Below are positions 16,199-26,582 of a stretch of 64,000 nucleotides of DNA, in pieces. Every line of letters begins with the position of its first letter. The stretch's first letter is position 1. The stretch spans positions 32,001 through 96,000 of IMG/VR virus record IMGVR_UViG_3300032087_003621, one strand, 5' to 3'. Made by a program: the position numbers and the translations under genes. The notes under the pieces are model-generated. The model did no database searches and was not told the origin of the DNA. It saw nothing but the letters and a program-made list of their open reading frames with translations. The DNA is from a virus.

Positions 16199-16200
16199 AA

Positions 16201-17019
16201 ATGACACAATACTATTTTAGAAATTTCCCTTTCATAAAATATTCTTTCGGTGATAATGAACCAGAAGTATATTTTCAGAAAATGTCATCTGCCATTGATT
16301 TATTCGATAACATAAAACAAGATGTTGCATTTGTGACCACAAAAGAAATTGTTGATTTTGAGAGACCTGATACATTCTCCTATAAACTTTATAAAACGCC
16401 AGATTATTACTGGACTTTCTTTTTGATGAATGATAAGTTAAGAGAATCTGGTTGGCCTCTCGATGTTGACCGAGAGTTTGAAGTGATAAAGGAAAGATAT
16501 CCTTACTGGTCTTTCATCACGGCCGATTTTTTCGCAGGACTCTTACAAGTGGGACAAGAACTTCTTCTCGGGGGTGTCGGTGCTGCTGGATTCTTTGGTA
16601 AGGTTGTTAGAGCGGACCCTTCATTTGGTCAAATCATTTTTGAACCTACGTTTAAAAGGCAGAATCCATTAGACCTTACAGCTCCACCTGTTGACGTGGA
16701 TGCTGGAACAGTTGAGAATTCTTTTCCTGCAATTCAAGGTATACAGTTTGAAACTAATGATGTAACTTATACTTTGGCTGGTGCTTTCGGAAATTCGTCA
16801 ACCACAAAAGAATATCTTGGTGTGCATCACTGGGAAAATACGGATGGTGAATATCAAGACGTTAATCCTTTGACACAAGATACGACAGGTGTAAAAAGAG
16901 TAACGTTCAAAGATAATTTTCAAGCTAGGAATCAGTCTTTGAGAGAAATATCTGTTTTAAGACCAGGCATCGCCAATCAGGTGGTGGGTGAGTTCCAAAA
17001 CCTAATAGCATCGTCATGA
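16201..17019 (+). CDS. gp53: Baseplate wedge subunit
   Basis: YFRNFP.I.Y, ERPD..SYKLY....YYW.FFLMN, WPL. Confidence 0.85.
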   Translation: MTQYYFRNFPFIKYSFGDNEPEVYFQKMSSAIDLFDNIKQDVAFVTTKEIVDFERPDTFSYKLYKTPDYYWTFFLMNDKLRESGWPLDVDREFEVIKERYPYWSFITADFFAGLLQVGQELLLGGVGAAGFFGKVVRADPSFGQIIFEPTFKRQNPLDLTAPPVDVDAGTVENSFPAIQGIQFETNDVTYTLAGAFGNSSTTKEYLGVHHWENTDGEYQDVNPLTQDTTGVKRVTFKDNFQARNQSLREISVLRPGIANQVVGEFQNLIASS

Positions 17020-18395
17020 CACAAACTCGTTCGCAACAGTATAAGATACTAAAGGCAGAAATATCTGCTGAAAAATTGGGAGACCGAACCGTCGATGTTC
17101 GTTCACTTATTCCCGAATTGGTGTTTTATGAAAATTTAGAATACCCTTACATCACTGGTAAGATGTTGTTGGTTGATGATAATTCGGTTTTTGAATCTAT
17201 AAATTTTAGAGGCACAGAAAAGATAACCTTTGAGATTGCAGGTGTTGGTAATGATTCCGAACCTATTATCGGTGGTTCGGAGGGTAAAGAAAAAAGTTTT
17301 ATTATGACTAAGGTAGAAAAAACTGTTCGAACCAATGACCGAACAGATGTTTTATTAATATCTTTGGTCGAAGAACATTTTCTATTGAGTAAATTGACAA
17401 AGGTTAGTAAAGCTTTCACCACTAACCTAGAAACTATGATAACAGAAATTATCGTAGGTTATCTAAAAAAGAATGTAGACCAGTCTTATCTAACAAAGTC
17501 GGCACAAGGTGTTAGAAAAATTAATGTACCGTATATGACTCCATTGGATGCTATTGATTGGATACGTGACAGAATGACTACCGAGATAGGTGCACCTTAC
17601 TTTGTTCATTCGTCACTATACGATAACAACATTCGAATTTCAAGCCTTGAGGGATTTTTAATACAAACTCCCTTCAATAAGAAAGTGCCCTTTGTTTATT
17701 CTTCGAGTTTTTCTGGAAATGCAGAAGCTATCTCCGAAGATAAAAAATATTTTATGATAGAAAACTATAAGAAAGAATCTTCTGAAGATTCTTTAATGAT
17801 GGTAAGTAAAGGAGCACTAGGCGCATCTTACACTAATACGGACATTGGAAACGGTATAACCACACGTGACAGTTTCAAAATTAGAGACATTCTATTAGAT
17901 ATGAAGAGTAAAGAACTTTTGCCTGACACTTCAACTCAAAGTGTTTTTGATGAGAGTAAAGTGATAGAAAACAATTTCATTGATAATTATCAGTCTAAAA
18001 ATTATCATCAGATAAGTTCTTTCGGCACTTATGATACCTTTTTAGGATACCATGATGTTGTTGATTCTCTTGATAATACTTTGAAACTTAAAAACATTTC
18101 GTTGAGAAACTCTCTGTATCGAAATATGGTTAATATAATTGCACCCGGCGTGGCCTTTATGCACTCTAAAGCAAGTGTCGGTGACATAATGAAATGTACA
18201 TTTAATTCCAGTGCAGCTGACCCCAAAAATTTAAGTTCAAATGATATAATAGATAAACAAAAATCAGGTGATTACTTGATATACGCTATTCGACATACCT
18301 TTAAAGAATCACGTCACAGTGTATCTGTTAATGCTACCAAGATAACCAGAGAATTCCCTGAACGAGTGAATACAGGAGAAAGTGGTTTTGCTTAA
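17016..18395 (+). CDS. Baseplate hub protein (gp27-like position)
   Basis: YENL....ITG...L.D, GTE, SG.YLI.AIRH.F; lies between gp53 and gp5. Confidence 0.6.
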   Translation: MTQTRSQQYKILKAEISAEKLGDRTVDVRSLIPELVFYENLEYPYITGKMLLVDDNSVFESINFRGTEKITFEIAGVGNDSEPIIGGSEGKEKSFIMTKVEKTVRTNDRTDVLLISLVEEHFLLSKLTKVSKAFTTNLETMITEIIVGYLKKNVDQSYLTKSAQGVRKINVPYMTPLDAIDWIRDRMTTEIGAPYFVHSSLYDNNIRISSLEGFLIQTPFNKKVPFVYSSSFSGNAEAISEDKKYFMIENYKKESSEDSLMMVSKGALGASYTNTDIGNGITTRDSFKIRDILLDMKSKELLPDTSTQSVFDESKVIENNFIDNYQSKNYHQISSFGTYDTFLGYHDVVDSLDNTLKLKNISLRNSLYRNMVNIIAPGVAFMHSKASVGDIMKCTFNSSAADPKNLSSNDIIDKQKSGDYLIYAIRHTFKESRHSVSVNATKITREFPERVNTGESGFA

Positions 18396-19320
18396 ATCTA
18401 TACAAACAGAATATTATGGTGACCAACTTAGATGGTTTGTTGCTACTGTTATCAACTCTTCACCACCTGCTGGGTTAGAGGGTAGAGTTCGTATTCGTAT
18501 TCACGGAATTCATGACCCATACACTGGAAACGTTTTAGAGTCTGATTTACCTTGGGCGACAACTATGATACCATTAACCGAAGGAGGTAGTTCTGGTTTT
18601 GGAAGAGTGCCTCAAGTTCTTCCGGGCGCATTGGTGTATGGTTTTTTTATGGATGGTAAATCGTCACAAACACCTTTGATACTAGGTTCTTTAAATAAAA
18701 CTGAGTTTCCAACTGATGTTCAGGCTAGGTCTTCTAAAGACAAGACGTTAAGTCGTTTTAAAAATGAATATGACCCAGATAGAAAAATCGATATTGCTTC
18801 GCAAGAAATTTTAGATGATAGAATACCAGACGCTAATGTTGCAACCAGAAGAAGTCAAGCGATGCGTTTTTTCATTGATAATGGATATACACCTAGACAA
18901 GCCGCTGGAATCGTCGGATGTCTTGAAGCAATTTCTAGGTTTGTAACCTTCAACCCAGATAATCCCGATTTACAATTTTTCGGTATCGCTCAATGGGATA
19001 AGAACGGAACAAGATATAAAAATCTGATTAAGTTCGCAACACAAATCGAGAAACGTTCATCTATTAATCTGTTTTCGATTCAATTACAATATGTTTTATC
19101 AGAACTTAGAACAAGATTCGCCAACGTCAATGCGAAACTTTTAAAAACCGAACTGATTGACGGAACAGGTGGGTCAGTCGATATTATCAGTCGATTATAC
19201 TTAAAGGACCGATTTATTGCTGGTGGTAACACAACATCGTTTGAAATGAGAAACAATAGGAAAGTTAACTTAGCGATATCGAACGCAACAAAGGCCTATA
19301 ATGAAGTTACGGTGAGTTAA
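18382..19320 (+). CDS. gp5: gp5 N-terminal OB domain fused to a tail-lysozyme-like (Phage_lysozyme2) domain
   Basis: WFVATV...GRVRIRIHGIH...DLPWA, GFFMDG..SQ.P.ILG; GYT..QAAGIVG...GIAQW. Confidence 0.8.
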   Translation: MVLLKSIQTEYYGDQLRWFVATVINSSPPAGLEGRVRIRIHGIHDPYTGNVLESDLPWATTMIPLTEGGSSGFGRVPQVLPGALVYGFFMDGKSSQTPLILGSLNKTEFPTDVQARSSKDKTLSRFKNEYDPDRKIDIASQEILDDRIPDANVATRRSQAMRFFIDNGYTPRQAAGIVGCLEAISRFVTFNPDNPDLQFFGIAQWDKNGTRYKNLIKFATQIEKRSSINLFSIQLQYVLSELRTRFANVNAKLLKTELIDGTGGSVDIISRLYLKDRFIAGGNTTSFEMRNNRKVNLAISNATKAYNEVTVS

Positions 19321-21063
19321 ATGACAATAACAAAAGAACAATTAGATAAAGCATTAAATTCGACTAAAACCACTTTGTCTTACGGTGGTGTAGACGAAGC
19401 ATCAACCAATGTCAAAGAAACATTCGATACTGTCAAAGTAACTGAAGTAGGTAAAGAAGTAAATCAGATTATAGGTGGTGTTAAATCCGTCACAAGTAAA
19501 ACTGATATTATTGGTGCAGAAAATTTTACTCCAACTGAAGGGGTTTTAACATCTGGAGCTTTGAACGGTTCTATTAATCCAGCACTTAATACAGATATTA
19601 GTAGTCTATCTTCCGAGATTGGTGTTGGTGTTTCAATAACATATAACGATAGTGGACGTAACACTGGAATAACATATGACAAAAAAACAAGTGGTTCGTT
19701 ATCTTCAATCTTGAGTGGAATCACTGGCCTGGGCGTTGCGCCTGGTTATCTGCAAAATATGATTTCAAATGCTAATTCGAAAGGGCTGAACACATCGATT
19801 AATTCTGTTGCTGGAAATGTTGGAGCTTTTTCTAGTATTGGTGCAGTGAACAATCTGTCATCGAGGACTCAAAGTATTATTAACGATGTTGTAACTAATG
19901 CAGTTACGGATGGTAAAACAGGTTCGACCACTAGGTTAACAGCTTTTCAAAACGAAGGAAATGACGCTATTACTGATGTTGCAAATACTGTGGTTAGTGC
20001 AATATCTCCTGATGTTGGCAGTGTGTTGGGTGCGGTTACTGGCAGAAAAGGTCAAGACGTTATACCTTTAGTTAGAAAATATAAAAATACTAGAGCGGGT
20101 GTTGTGAATGAGAAGAATAAATTCATATCATCATTAGAAAGAACCTTTCCTATCGGTCAGTTGGGTTTTGTTCAAAATCTGGTCAGGAAACTGGACACCA
20201 AAAGTTTAGACACTGTTTTTATAGCGAACGGGATAAGGTTAGAGGAAAAGGACCGTAGTGAAATTATTCGTTTGTCGCAAGGGACAGAAGTCCAAAAAGC
20301 TGAGGCCCGAAGAATCTTACAGGAAAAACATGGAAAGTCACCCAAAGAAGTGACTGACCTGTTAGCTGAACTAGATTCGACTATTGCTGGTTCAGTTGTT
20401 GTTGATACATCTAATAGTGTATTTGATGACCCCTTTAATGTGGGTGATGCTCAACGTTGGAACAATGGTGTTGGTGCTGAAGATTTTACGTTTACTTTTA
20501 TTTCTTCTGTGGAAGAGTTGGACGCCGAATTTCGTTCAATCACTAGGGACGTAACTGAAATTGTGGTTCACTGGACAGAATCGTTTTCTAATGTCAACAT
20601 TGGAAGTGAAGAAATAAATAAAACCCAGATTAGATTGGGTTTAAATAGTATTGGTTATCATTATGTAATTCGTAGGGATGGTTCTGTACAAAGAGGAAGG
20701 CCTGTAAATATTCAAGGAGACCATGCAAACATCAATGGTCACAACGAGAGAAGTATAGGGGTTGTTTTCGTTGGAGGTATTAATGCGCCCACTGGGACAC
20801 CAGACCCCTTAGAATATAAATCTGTTACTTCTTTAACACGAAGTCAGTTTACATCATTTCAAGAGATTTGTAAAGCGTTTTATAGAACTTTTCCAGGCGG
20901 ACAAGTATTAGGACACAATGACCTAGACCCCCTAGAAGATGACCCCGGCTTTGACGTGAGAGATTTTTGTGAAGATGTGTTTGGTAAAAAATCGTTGTTT
21001 ACTGACCCATCAACCCAACCACCTTTCACCAGCCAACAGATAAACGAAAGTAAGATATTATGA
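19321..21063 (+). CDS. Virion-associated N-acetylmuramoyl-L-alanine amidase (Amidase_2/T7-lysozyme-like C-terminal domain)
   Basis: IVVHWT, IGYHYVIRRDG.V..GRP, HN..SIG...VGG, GHNDL...DPGFDV. Confidence 0.85.
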   Translation: MTITKEQLDKALNSTKTTLSYGGVDEASTNVKETFDTVKVTEVGKEVNQIIGGVKSVTSKTDIIGAENFTPTEGVLTSGALNGSINPALNTDISSLSSEIGVGVSITYNDSGRNTGITYDKKTSGSLSSILSGITGLGVAPGYLQNMISNANSKGLNTSINSVAGNVGAFSSIGAVNNLSSRTQSIINDVVTNAVTDGKTGSTTRLTAFQNEGNDAITDVANTVVSAISPDVGSVLGAVTGRKGQDVIPLVRKYKNTRAGVVNEKNKFISSLERTFPIGQLGFVQNLVRKLDTKSLDTVFIANGIRLEEKDRSEIIRLSQGTEVQKAEARRILQEKHGKSPKEVTDLLAELDSTIAGSVVVDTSNSVFDDPFNVGDAQRWNNGVGAEDFTFTFISSVEELDAEFRSITRDVTEIVVHWTESFSNVNIGSEEINKTQIRLGLNSIGYHYVIRRDGSVQRGRPVNIQGDHANINGHNERSIGVVFVGGINAPTGTPDPLEYKSVTSLTRSQFTSFQEICKAFYRTFPGGQVLGHNDLDPLEDDPGFDVRDFCEDVFGKKSLFTDPSTQPPFTSQQINESKIL

Positions 21064-22514
21064 CAACAATTTTAGACAATTTTCGAAACCGAATAAAAGA
21101 ACTGGGTGCTGGTCAGGAAAACACTGAAGGTGTTCCCCGAGAAGGTTTTAATGAAGCATCAGGCGAATTTCCTAGACGAGATTATTTTTTCGGTTCGTCT
21201 ATAAACAAGTCGGCTCGAGGAGAGACCATAGAATCCTTGTTTGCAGGTGGTGGTGATTATGGGGTTTCTGTAGAATTCTCTGACCAAAAACCTTCTACAT
21301 TTCCATATAATCAGGCACAAGAAACTACCTCTGGTCATGCTATTCATGTAGATGATACACCTGGCGGTGAAAGGATTCTAATCAAACATCGAACGGGTGC
21401 TGGACTAGAATTAAGAGCCGATGGAAGTGTTCTATTTTCCTCCGTCAATAAAAAGGTTTCTGTAACAGGTGGTGATGATGTTGTGATTGTGGAAGGTCAA
21501 GCAGACCTTGTATACAAAGGCAACGTCAATGTTAAAATTGCTGGAGATTATAATTTAGAAGTCGAAGGTAATATTAACGTTACTACCGCTGGTAATAAAA
21601 CTGAAAAGATACATCGTAATCACACTAAGACTGTAGACGAAAATCAAAACCATGTGGTGAAAGGTTCTAGGTCTCTTCGAGTGGTTGATGTTAATACTGA
21701 AACTATGTTATCAGACAGAAACGTATTTGTCAAGGGAGAACAAAATAATTTTGTTGAAGGTAATGTTGAATTCACTAGTGGTGATAAACTGATTACCACA
21801 GCTGTCAATGAATGGGTCGCTTCATCCCAAATCGCAAATATATCGGGAGACACGGTTTCTATTATTGGTGTGACAGGAACAATTGGTGGACAGTTAATTG
21901 ACCACTATGGTAAAGTCTTCTCAGGACCACCTGGCGGTTCTGGTTTGGGTGGTACAACACATTACGGAACATTTATTGGTAAAGCCACAGAAGCAATCAC
22001 ATCAGACTTTGCAAACAAGGCAGGGGAAGCTTCCTTCGCACAATCAGCACCTGCTGAAGTAGGAACAGCAACAGGTGCGTCGAAGGTAAGGAATCCTAAA
22101 ACATATCCTACGGAAATGCCTTACGTTCAAATTGAACCCACAGCGGATATGCCAACCACCGCAATCATAACACCTTTATTGTCATCTGGCAACTATGGTA
22201 TACGAAATGTAAATGTTGACCCAGGCGATGAATTGAAACTAGAAATTCTAAAGACCGACGATTATGATGGTTTATTTAACAGAGAACCCAGTATTCACGA
22301 AATACGTTCTAAATTAAGAGACCCTGCAAATCTTCAGAACGCAACGTTGATTGGTGCATTGATTGGGGAAGGTAGACTTTCAAGTAAGTATGCGGATGTA
22401 AGACCACCCTTTATTGGCCGAGCATACAACAAGAAACCAAGTTTACAATTTGGTCGAACACTATTGGGTAACAACCCAGCTGAAAATAGAAGTAAGAGGT
22501 TCACTCCGTCATGA
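21060..22514 (+). CDS. gp5 C-terminal beta-helix spike protein
   Basis: PYNQ..ET.SGH....DDTPG.ERI...HRTG and V.G 8-residue repeats. Confidence 0.8.
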   Translation: MTTILDNFRNRIKELGAGQENTEGVPREGFNEASGEFPRRDYFFGSSINKSARGETIESLFAGGGDYGVSVEFSDQKPSTFPYNQAQETTSGHAIHVDDTPGGERILIKHRTGAGLELRADGSVLFSSVNKKVSVTGGDDVVIVEGQADLVYKGNVNVKIAGDYNLEVEGNINVTTAGNKTEKIHRNHTKTVDENQNHVVKGSRSLRVVDVNTETMLSDRNVFVKGEQNNFVEGNVEFTSGDKLITTAVNEWVASSQIANISGDTVSIIGVTGTIGGQLIDHYGKVFSGPPGGSGLGGTTHYGTFIGKATEAITSDFANKAGEASFAQSAPAEVGTATGASKVRNPKTYPTEMPYVQIEPTADMPTTAIITPLLSSGNYGIRNVNVDPGDELKLEILKTDDYDGLFNREPSIHEIRSKLRDPANLQNATLIGALIGEGRLSSKYADVRPPFIGRAYNKKPSLQFGRTLLGNNPAENRSKRFTPS

Positions 22515-23101
22515 TATATCTTGTTGACCCAGTATACAATCCAAACTTTCAATCGGACATCACTTCCGCAACTCCTCTTGCGCCTGGAATTACCGTTGCT
22601 AAATTTCTAGGTTCTAAGGGTTCTCGTTTACAGTTTGAACAATTGAGTGGAGATAAAAAACTTATTGCACGTCAACTTTATCTTCAAGCTGAATCGATGC
22701 GAACTGTCATCACCAACAAAACTTTCGAAAAGAACCGATTAATTGTGTCAGAAGGTTTATATAAACCATCGCCTGGTGAAACCCCCACCAAAGATTCTAT
22801 CAATGACTATAAGCAGACTGGACGAGCGATTGTTTATCAGTTGTTAGGTGAGGATGGTAAGATTGATTTCGAAAACACTTTTGAGTTAGCCGTTTACTGG
22901 AAAGACTTCTTGAAGTATCAAGAGTTGATTCTCGATTATGATACATACGACCCTTCTGGTGAACTTAGTTGTCAGATAGTACTCGTAATGCCAGTTGCAA
23001 ATGAGAATTTTGACCTTAATTTCAGTAAAAGTCTTAAAACAACTTTTAATGGTAGTACTTTATCACTAAATGAAGTAGTCGAAGTGTTCGTTCCCATATA
23101 A
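22511..23101 (+). CDS. Hypothetical baseplate-region protein (possible degenerate peptidase M15 fold)
   Basis: SEGLY...GRA...LA.YW.....QELILDY pattern without Zn ligands. Confidence 0.5.
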   Translation: MIYLVDPVYNPNFQSDITSATPLAPGITVAKFLGSKGSRLQFEQLSGDKKLIARQLYLQAESMRTVITNKTFEKNRLIVSEGLYKPSPGETPTKDSINDYKQTGRAIVYQLLGEDGKIDFENTFELAVYWKDFLKYQELILDYDTYDPSGELSCQIVLVMPVANENFDLNFSKSLKTTFNGSTLSLNEVVEVFVPI

Positions 23102-23104
23102 ATA
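23097..23104 (+). promoter_or_regulatory. T4-type late promoter
   Basis: TATAAATA upstream of gp25. Confidence 0.75.
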
Positions 23105-23128
23105 AAAATAATGTTTTGAGTACTAAAA

Positions 23129-23572
23129 ATGGCAACCAGAGTTTTTTCACAAGAAGATGCTGATATCTCTAAAATCAGCGTAACCAGTACAAGAACAAGA
23201 CCGTATTTGGACCTCGACCTAAGTTTTTTGGCGAGCAATACTGGAAGTGTTTTTAAAAAAACTGAAGGTGCGGCTGTCAAACAAGCCGTTAAAACTCTAC
23301 TTAACAGTAATAAGTTCGATAAACCTTTCGACCCTAATTTTGGTATTGACCTTCAGAGGTTTTTCTTTGAATTGGCAGATGACCAAACTGGTGGTAGAAT
23401 TGTAGAAAGAATTAAAAGTATTATAGAAACATATGAACCCAGAGCGTCAGTAAGGTCTGTAAAAGTTGGTGTGCAAGAAGATATCAATGCAATCAACATA
23501 CTTTTAACTTTTTCGATTAGAAATACGGACCAAACTATAACATTAGAAACCACAATTTCGAGGTTAAGATAA
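23129..23572 (+). CDS. gp25: Baseplate wedge subunit
   Basis: Y.DLDLSF, AVKQAV..LL, PF.P.FG, YEPR. Confidence 0.9.
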   Translation: MATRVFSQEDADISKISVTSTRTRPYLDLDLSFLASNTGSVFKKTEGAAVKQAVKTLLNSNKFDKPFDPNFGIDLQRFFFELADDQTGGRIVERIKSIIETYEPRASVRSVKVGVQEDINAINILLTFSIRNTDQTITLETTISRLR

Positions 23573-25441
23573 ATGGCAACCACAGTTAAGTCAACAGCTT
23601 TAGATTTTGATGCGATAAAAAACAATCTAAAGACTTTCTTTGAAGCTCAGAGTGAGTTTACTGATTATGATTTTGAGGCCTCTGGTTTATCAAATTTACT
23701 TGATGTACTTGCATATAACACTCACTATAACGCTTTGGTTGCGAACTACGCTCTTAACGAATCTTTTTTGGGAACCGCTCAGCTTCGAAGTTCTATCGTA
23801 TCATTATCTGAAGCTATTGGATATATTCCAGGCTCTAGGGTAACATCGAAAGCTAAGGTACAGCTTACCGCTTCTATTGGTACAGGTAACGAACCACCCT
23901 CTATTACGATACCAAAGGGTTTTAAATTCAATTCGACAATCAATGATGTGTCTTATTCCTTTATTACTACTGATGCTGTAACCGCTACTAATAATCAGGG
24001 AAACTATTCCTTTGAATTACCTTCAGGTGATAATCCAGATAGAATTCAAATTTCTGAAGGAACTTTAAAAACTAAAACCTTCATTGTAGGTTCAACGGAC
24101 ACTGATGAATTGTATGTAATACCAGACAAAAATCTTGACAGGTCTACCGTGACAGTTCGGGTTTTTGATACACCATCTTCTACCGATTTTCAGATTTACA
24201 CTGCGTTACCGGAAGCGACTACCATTAACGAAAATTCGTTAATATATGTTCTTAAAGAATCACCTAATGGATTCTTTGAACTTAGTTTCGGAAACGGAAA
24301 CACTCTGGGCCCAACTCCGGAAGCTGGTAACAAAATAACGGTTGAGTATATTAGTTGCAGTGGAAGCATCGCTAACGGTGGTAAAGTTTTCACTGCTGCA
24401 GAACAGTTGTCAGTGACTTTGACCAATAATGATATTGAAAACGTTGATATTATTGCTTCGACGTTTTCCAACTCTGCCGGAGGCGCTGAAAAGGAAACTA
24501 ATAATTCGATTAAGAGAAACGCTCCTTTTCAATATACCACCCAAAATAGAATGGTTGTTGCGAACGATTATTCGACACTTGTATTTGCAAGGTTCAGAGA
24601 ATACATTGAAGAAATTAATGCTTGGGGTGGTGAGGATAACGACCCACCGGAATATGGTGCGGTTTATCTCAGTATAAGATGGAATGATGGTTTAACCGAT
24701 GACCAAAAAGATGATTTAAAAATTGAAATCGAAACTTATGTTAATCAATTGGCCATCGTATCTTGGAAACTTAGATTCTTAGACCCAATCACAACTTTTG
24801 TCGAAACTTTAGTTTATTATCAGTATAACCCACGATTCACAACTTTAGGTCTGAATACAATTAAGACTCTTGTTGGGAATGCTGTGAGTAATTATTTTAC
24901 GAATAGTATTGGTCAATTTGGACAATCGTTTCGTAGGTCTAATCTACTTACAGAGATAGATGCAGTAGACCCTTCGATTCTTTCCAGTAGAGCTGATATA
25001 AAAATGCAACAGAGATTAGTACCAACGGGTCTTAACGGTGCTGGTCAGAGTATAAGTTTACTTGGAATAAGTTCTAACTATAATTTTTATTTCCCTCAAG
25101 ACATTGCTCGACCAAATAGTGTCGATTATCGTCTGACTTCTACATTGTTTAGACTTAACGGTAAAACGTGTTTCTTAAGGAACAAACTAAATAGTCGAAA
25201 CATACAGGTCATCGAACAGGGTTCCGGTAACGCCATTGTTGATAACATAGGAGAATACTTTCTAGATGGTAGAGTTAGAATAATAGGGTTTGCACCAGAA
25301 TCTATTTTAGGTGGAAACAATTTTATAAAAATTTCAGTAACGCCAGGTAATCAGAGTGCAATTTCTCCAGCTAGAAACAACATCTTATTGTTCGATGATG
25401 ATGTTTCTTTTGAAACTCCAGTAGAAGTGTCAAGTATTTAA
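23573..25441 (+). CDS. gp6: Baseplate wedge subunit
   Basis: LDFD.IK.NLK, DYDFE.SGLS.LLDVLAYNTHYN, QNRMV...DY, WGGEDN.PP.YG. Confidence 0.95.
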   Translation: MATTVKSTALDFDAIKNNLKTFFEAQSEFTDYDFEASGLSNLLDVLAYNTHYNALVANYALNESFLGTAQLRSSIVSLSEAIGYIPGSRVTSKAKVQLTASIGTGNEPPSITIPKGFKFNSTINDVSYSFITTDAVTATNNQGNYSFELPSGDNPDRIQISEGTLKTKTFIVGSTDTDELYVIPDKNLDRSTVTVRVFDTPSSTDFQIYTALPEATTINENSLIYVLKESPNGFFELSFGNGNTLGPTPEAGNKITVEYISCSGSIANGGKVFTAAEQLSVTLTNNDIENVDIIASTFSNSAGGAEKETNNSIKRNAPFQYTTQNRMVVANDYSTLVFARFREYIEEINAWGGEDNDPPEYGAVYLSIRWNDGLTDDQKDDLKIEIETYVNQLAIVSWKLRFLDPITTFVETLVYYQYNPRFTTLGLNTIKTLVGNAVSNYFTNSIGQFGQSFRRSNLLTEIDAVDPSILSSRADIKMQQRLVPTGLNGAGQSISLLGISSNYNFYFPQDIARPNSVDYRLTSTLFRLNGKTCFLRNKLNSRNIQVIEQGSGNAIVDNIGEYFLDGRVRIIGFAPESILGGNNFIKISVTPGNQSAISPARNNILLFDDDVSFETPVEVSSI

Positions 25442-25442
25442 C

Positions 25443-26546
25443 ATGCATAGTGGAAACAAAGAAAGAAATAGACGAGAACTTGTTCTATATGACAGGAAAA
25501 TTGAAGAAGTACTTCCTGATCATTTTAGACAAGACTATCCTCAGTTTATTACCTTTCTAGAAAAATATTACGAGTGGGCCTCGAGCGAAGAGTCTCCAGC
25601 TGAGTTAGTCGAACATCTTTTCGAAACTAAAGATGTTGTGGAGACGGACGAAGACCTTTTATCTTTTCTAGAAGATGAATTACTTTTAGGTGAAAGTTAT
25701 TTTCAGGGGTTTGCTGATAAGAGGGGTGCTGCACAGATAGCTGGGAATTTGTATAAAACAAAAGGTTCCGAACTATCTATTCAACAGTTCTTTCGTTCAT
25801 TTTTTGGAGAGGACCCAGACGTTGAATATACTAGTGAAAAGATTTTCAAATTAAACAATTCAGAAATTGGCGCACTCAGTAACAGATTTTTAACGGACGA
25901 TAAACTATATCAGACCTTTGCGATATTAATTAAAATAGGTATTCCTATTTCAGTATGGCGAGAAGTTTATAAGCTGTTCGTTCATCCGGCTGGATTTTAT
26001 CTTGCTGGACAAATTCAAGCAGTTGGTGAAGCTGGGTTTGGTGGTTTACCGTTTGATGGTTATGATGTTATGGATAGTGCTGGTCCGAAGAGGTCGCCTC
26101 TCGTACTCATTGTCGATTCTGCTACAGTATCACCTTTGGTTGCAAATCAGGGAGAACTCAGTCACTATGCTATTTACGATTCTGAATACACAGGTGGTCT
26201 TGGTAAGGTTAAAGTTTCATTGGATAGATATCATATAGAACAATTTGAAGATTATACACTCAACCCTCTGGCAACATTCTCACCGACCACACTAAAACTA
26301 TTGGGCGGATTTGTAGTTCCAGGCGAAAGAGATGCTTTCTCTGGTGTTGATGGTAATAACGCTCTTGTCGGAACGATTGGTGTTGATTATGACTCTTCAT
26401 ATGTCACACCGAAACTTTCGTCTTTTGATATGGATAGTAGTGCGGATGCTGACCAAATCCTTGGTAGTACAATTGACTTCTCAATGGATTCAGACCCATC
26501 ACTTACAACGTTTATGGGTACTTTCTCAACATTCGATAGAAAATAA
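25443..26546 (+). CDS. Baseplate wedge protein (short gp7-like)
   Basis: YP.F..FL..YYE, Y.TKGS..S...FFR, K..VHPAGF. Confidence 0.7.
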   Translation: MHSGNKERNRRELVLYDRKIEEVLPDHFRQDYPQFITFLEKYYEWASSEESPAELVEHLFETKDVVETDEDLLSFLEDELLLGESYFQGFADKRGAAQIAGNLYKTKGSELSIQQFFRSFFGEDPDVEYTSEKIFKLNNSEIGALSNRFLTDDKLYQTFAILIKIGIPISVWREVYKLFVHPAGFYLAGQIQAVGEAGFGGLPFDGYDVMDSAGPKRSPLVLIVDSATVSPLVANQGELSHYAIYDSEYTGGLGKVKVSLDRYHIEQFEDYTLNPLATFSPTTLKLLGGFVVPGERDAFSGVDGNNALVGTIGVDYDSSYVTPKLSSFDMDSSADADQILGSTIDFSMDSDPSLTTFMGTFSTFDRK

Positions 26547-26548
26547 CA

Positions 26549-26556
26549 TATAAATA
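26549..26556 (+). promoter_or_regulatory. T4-type late promoter
   Basis: TATAAATA. Confidence 0.75.
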
Positions 26557-26582
26557 AAAACTAAGGCAAATTGGATTAAAAA

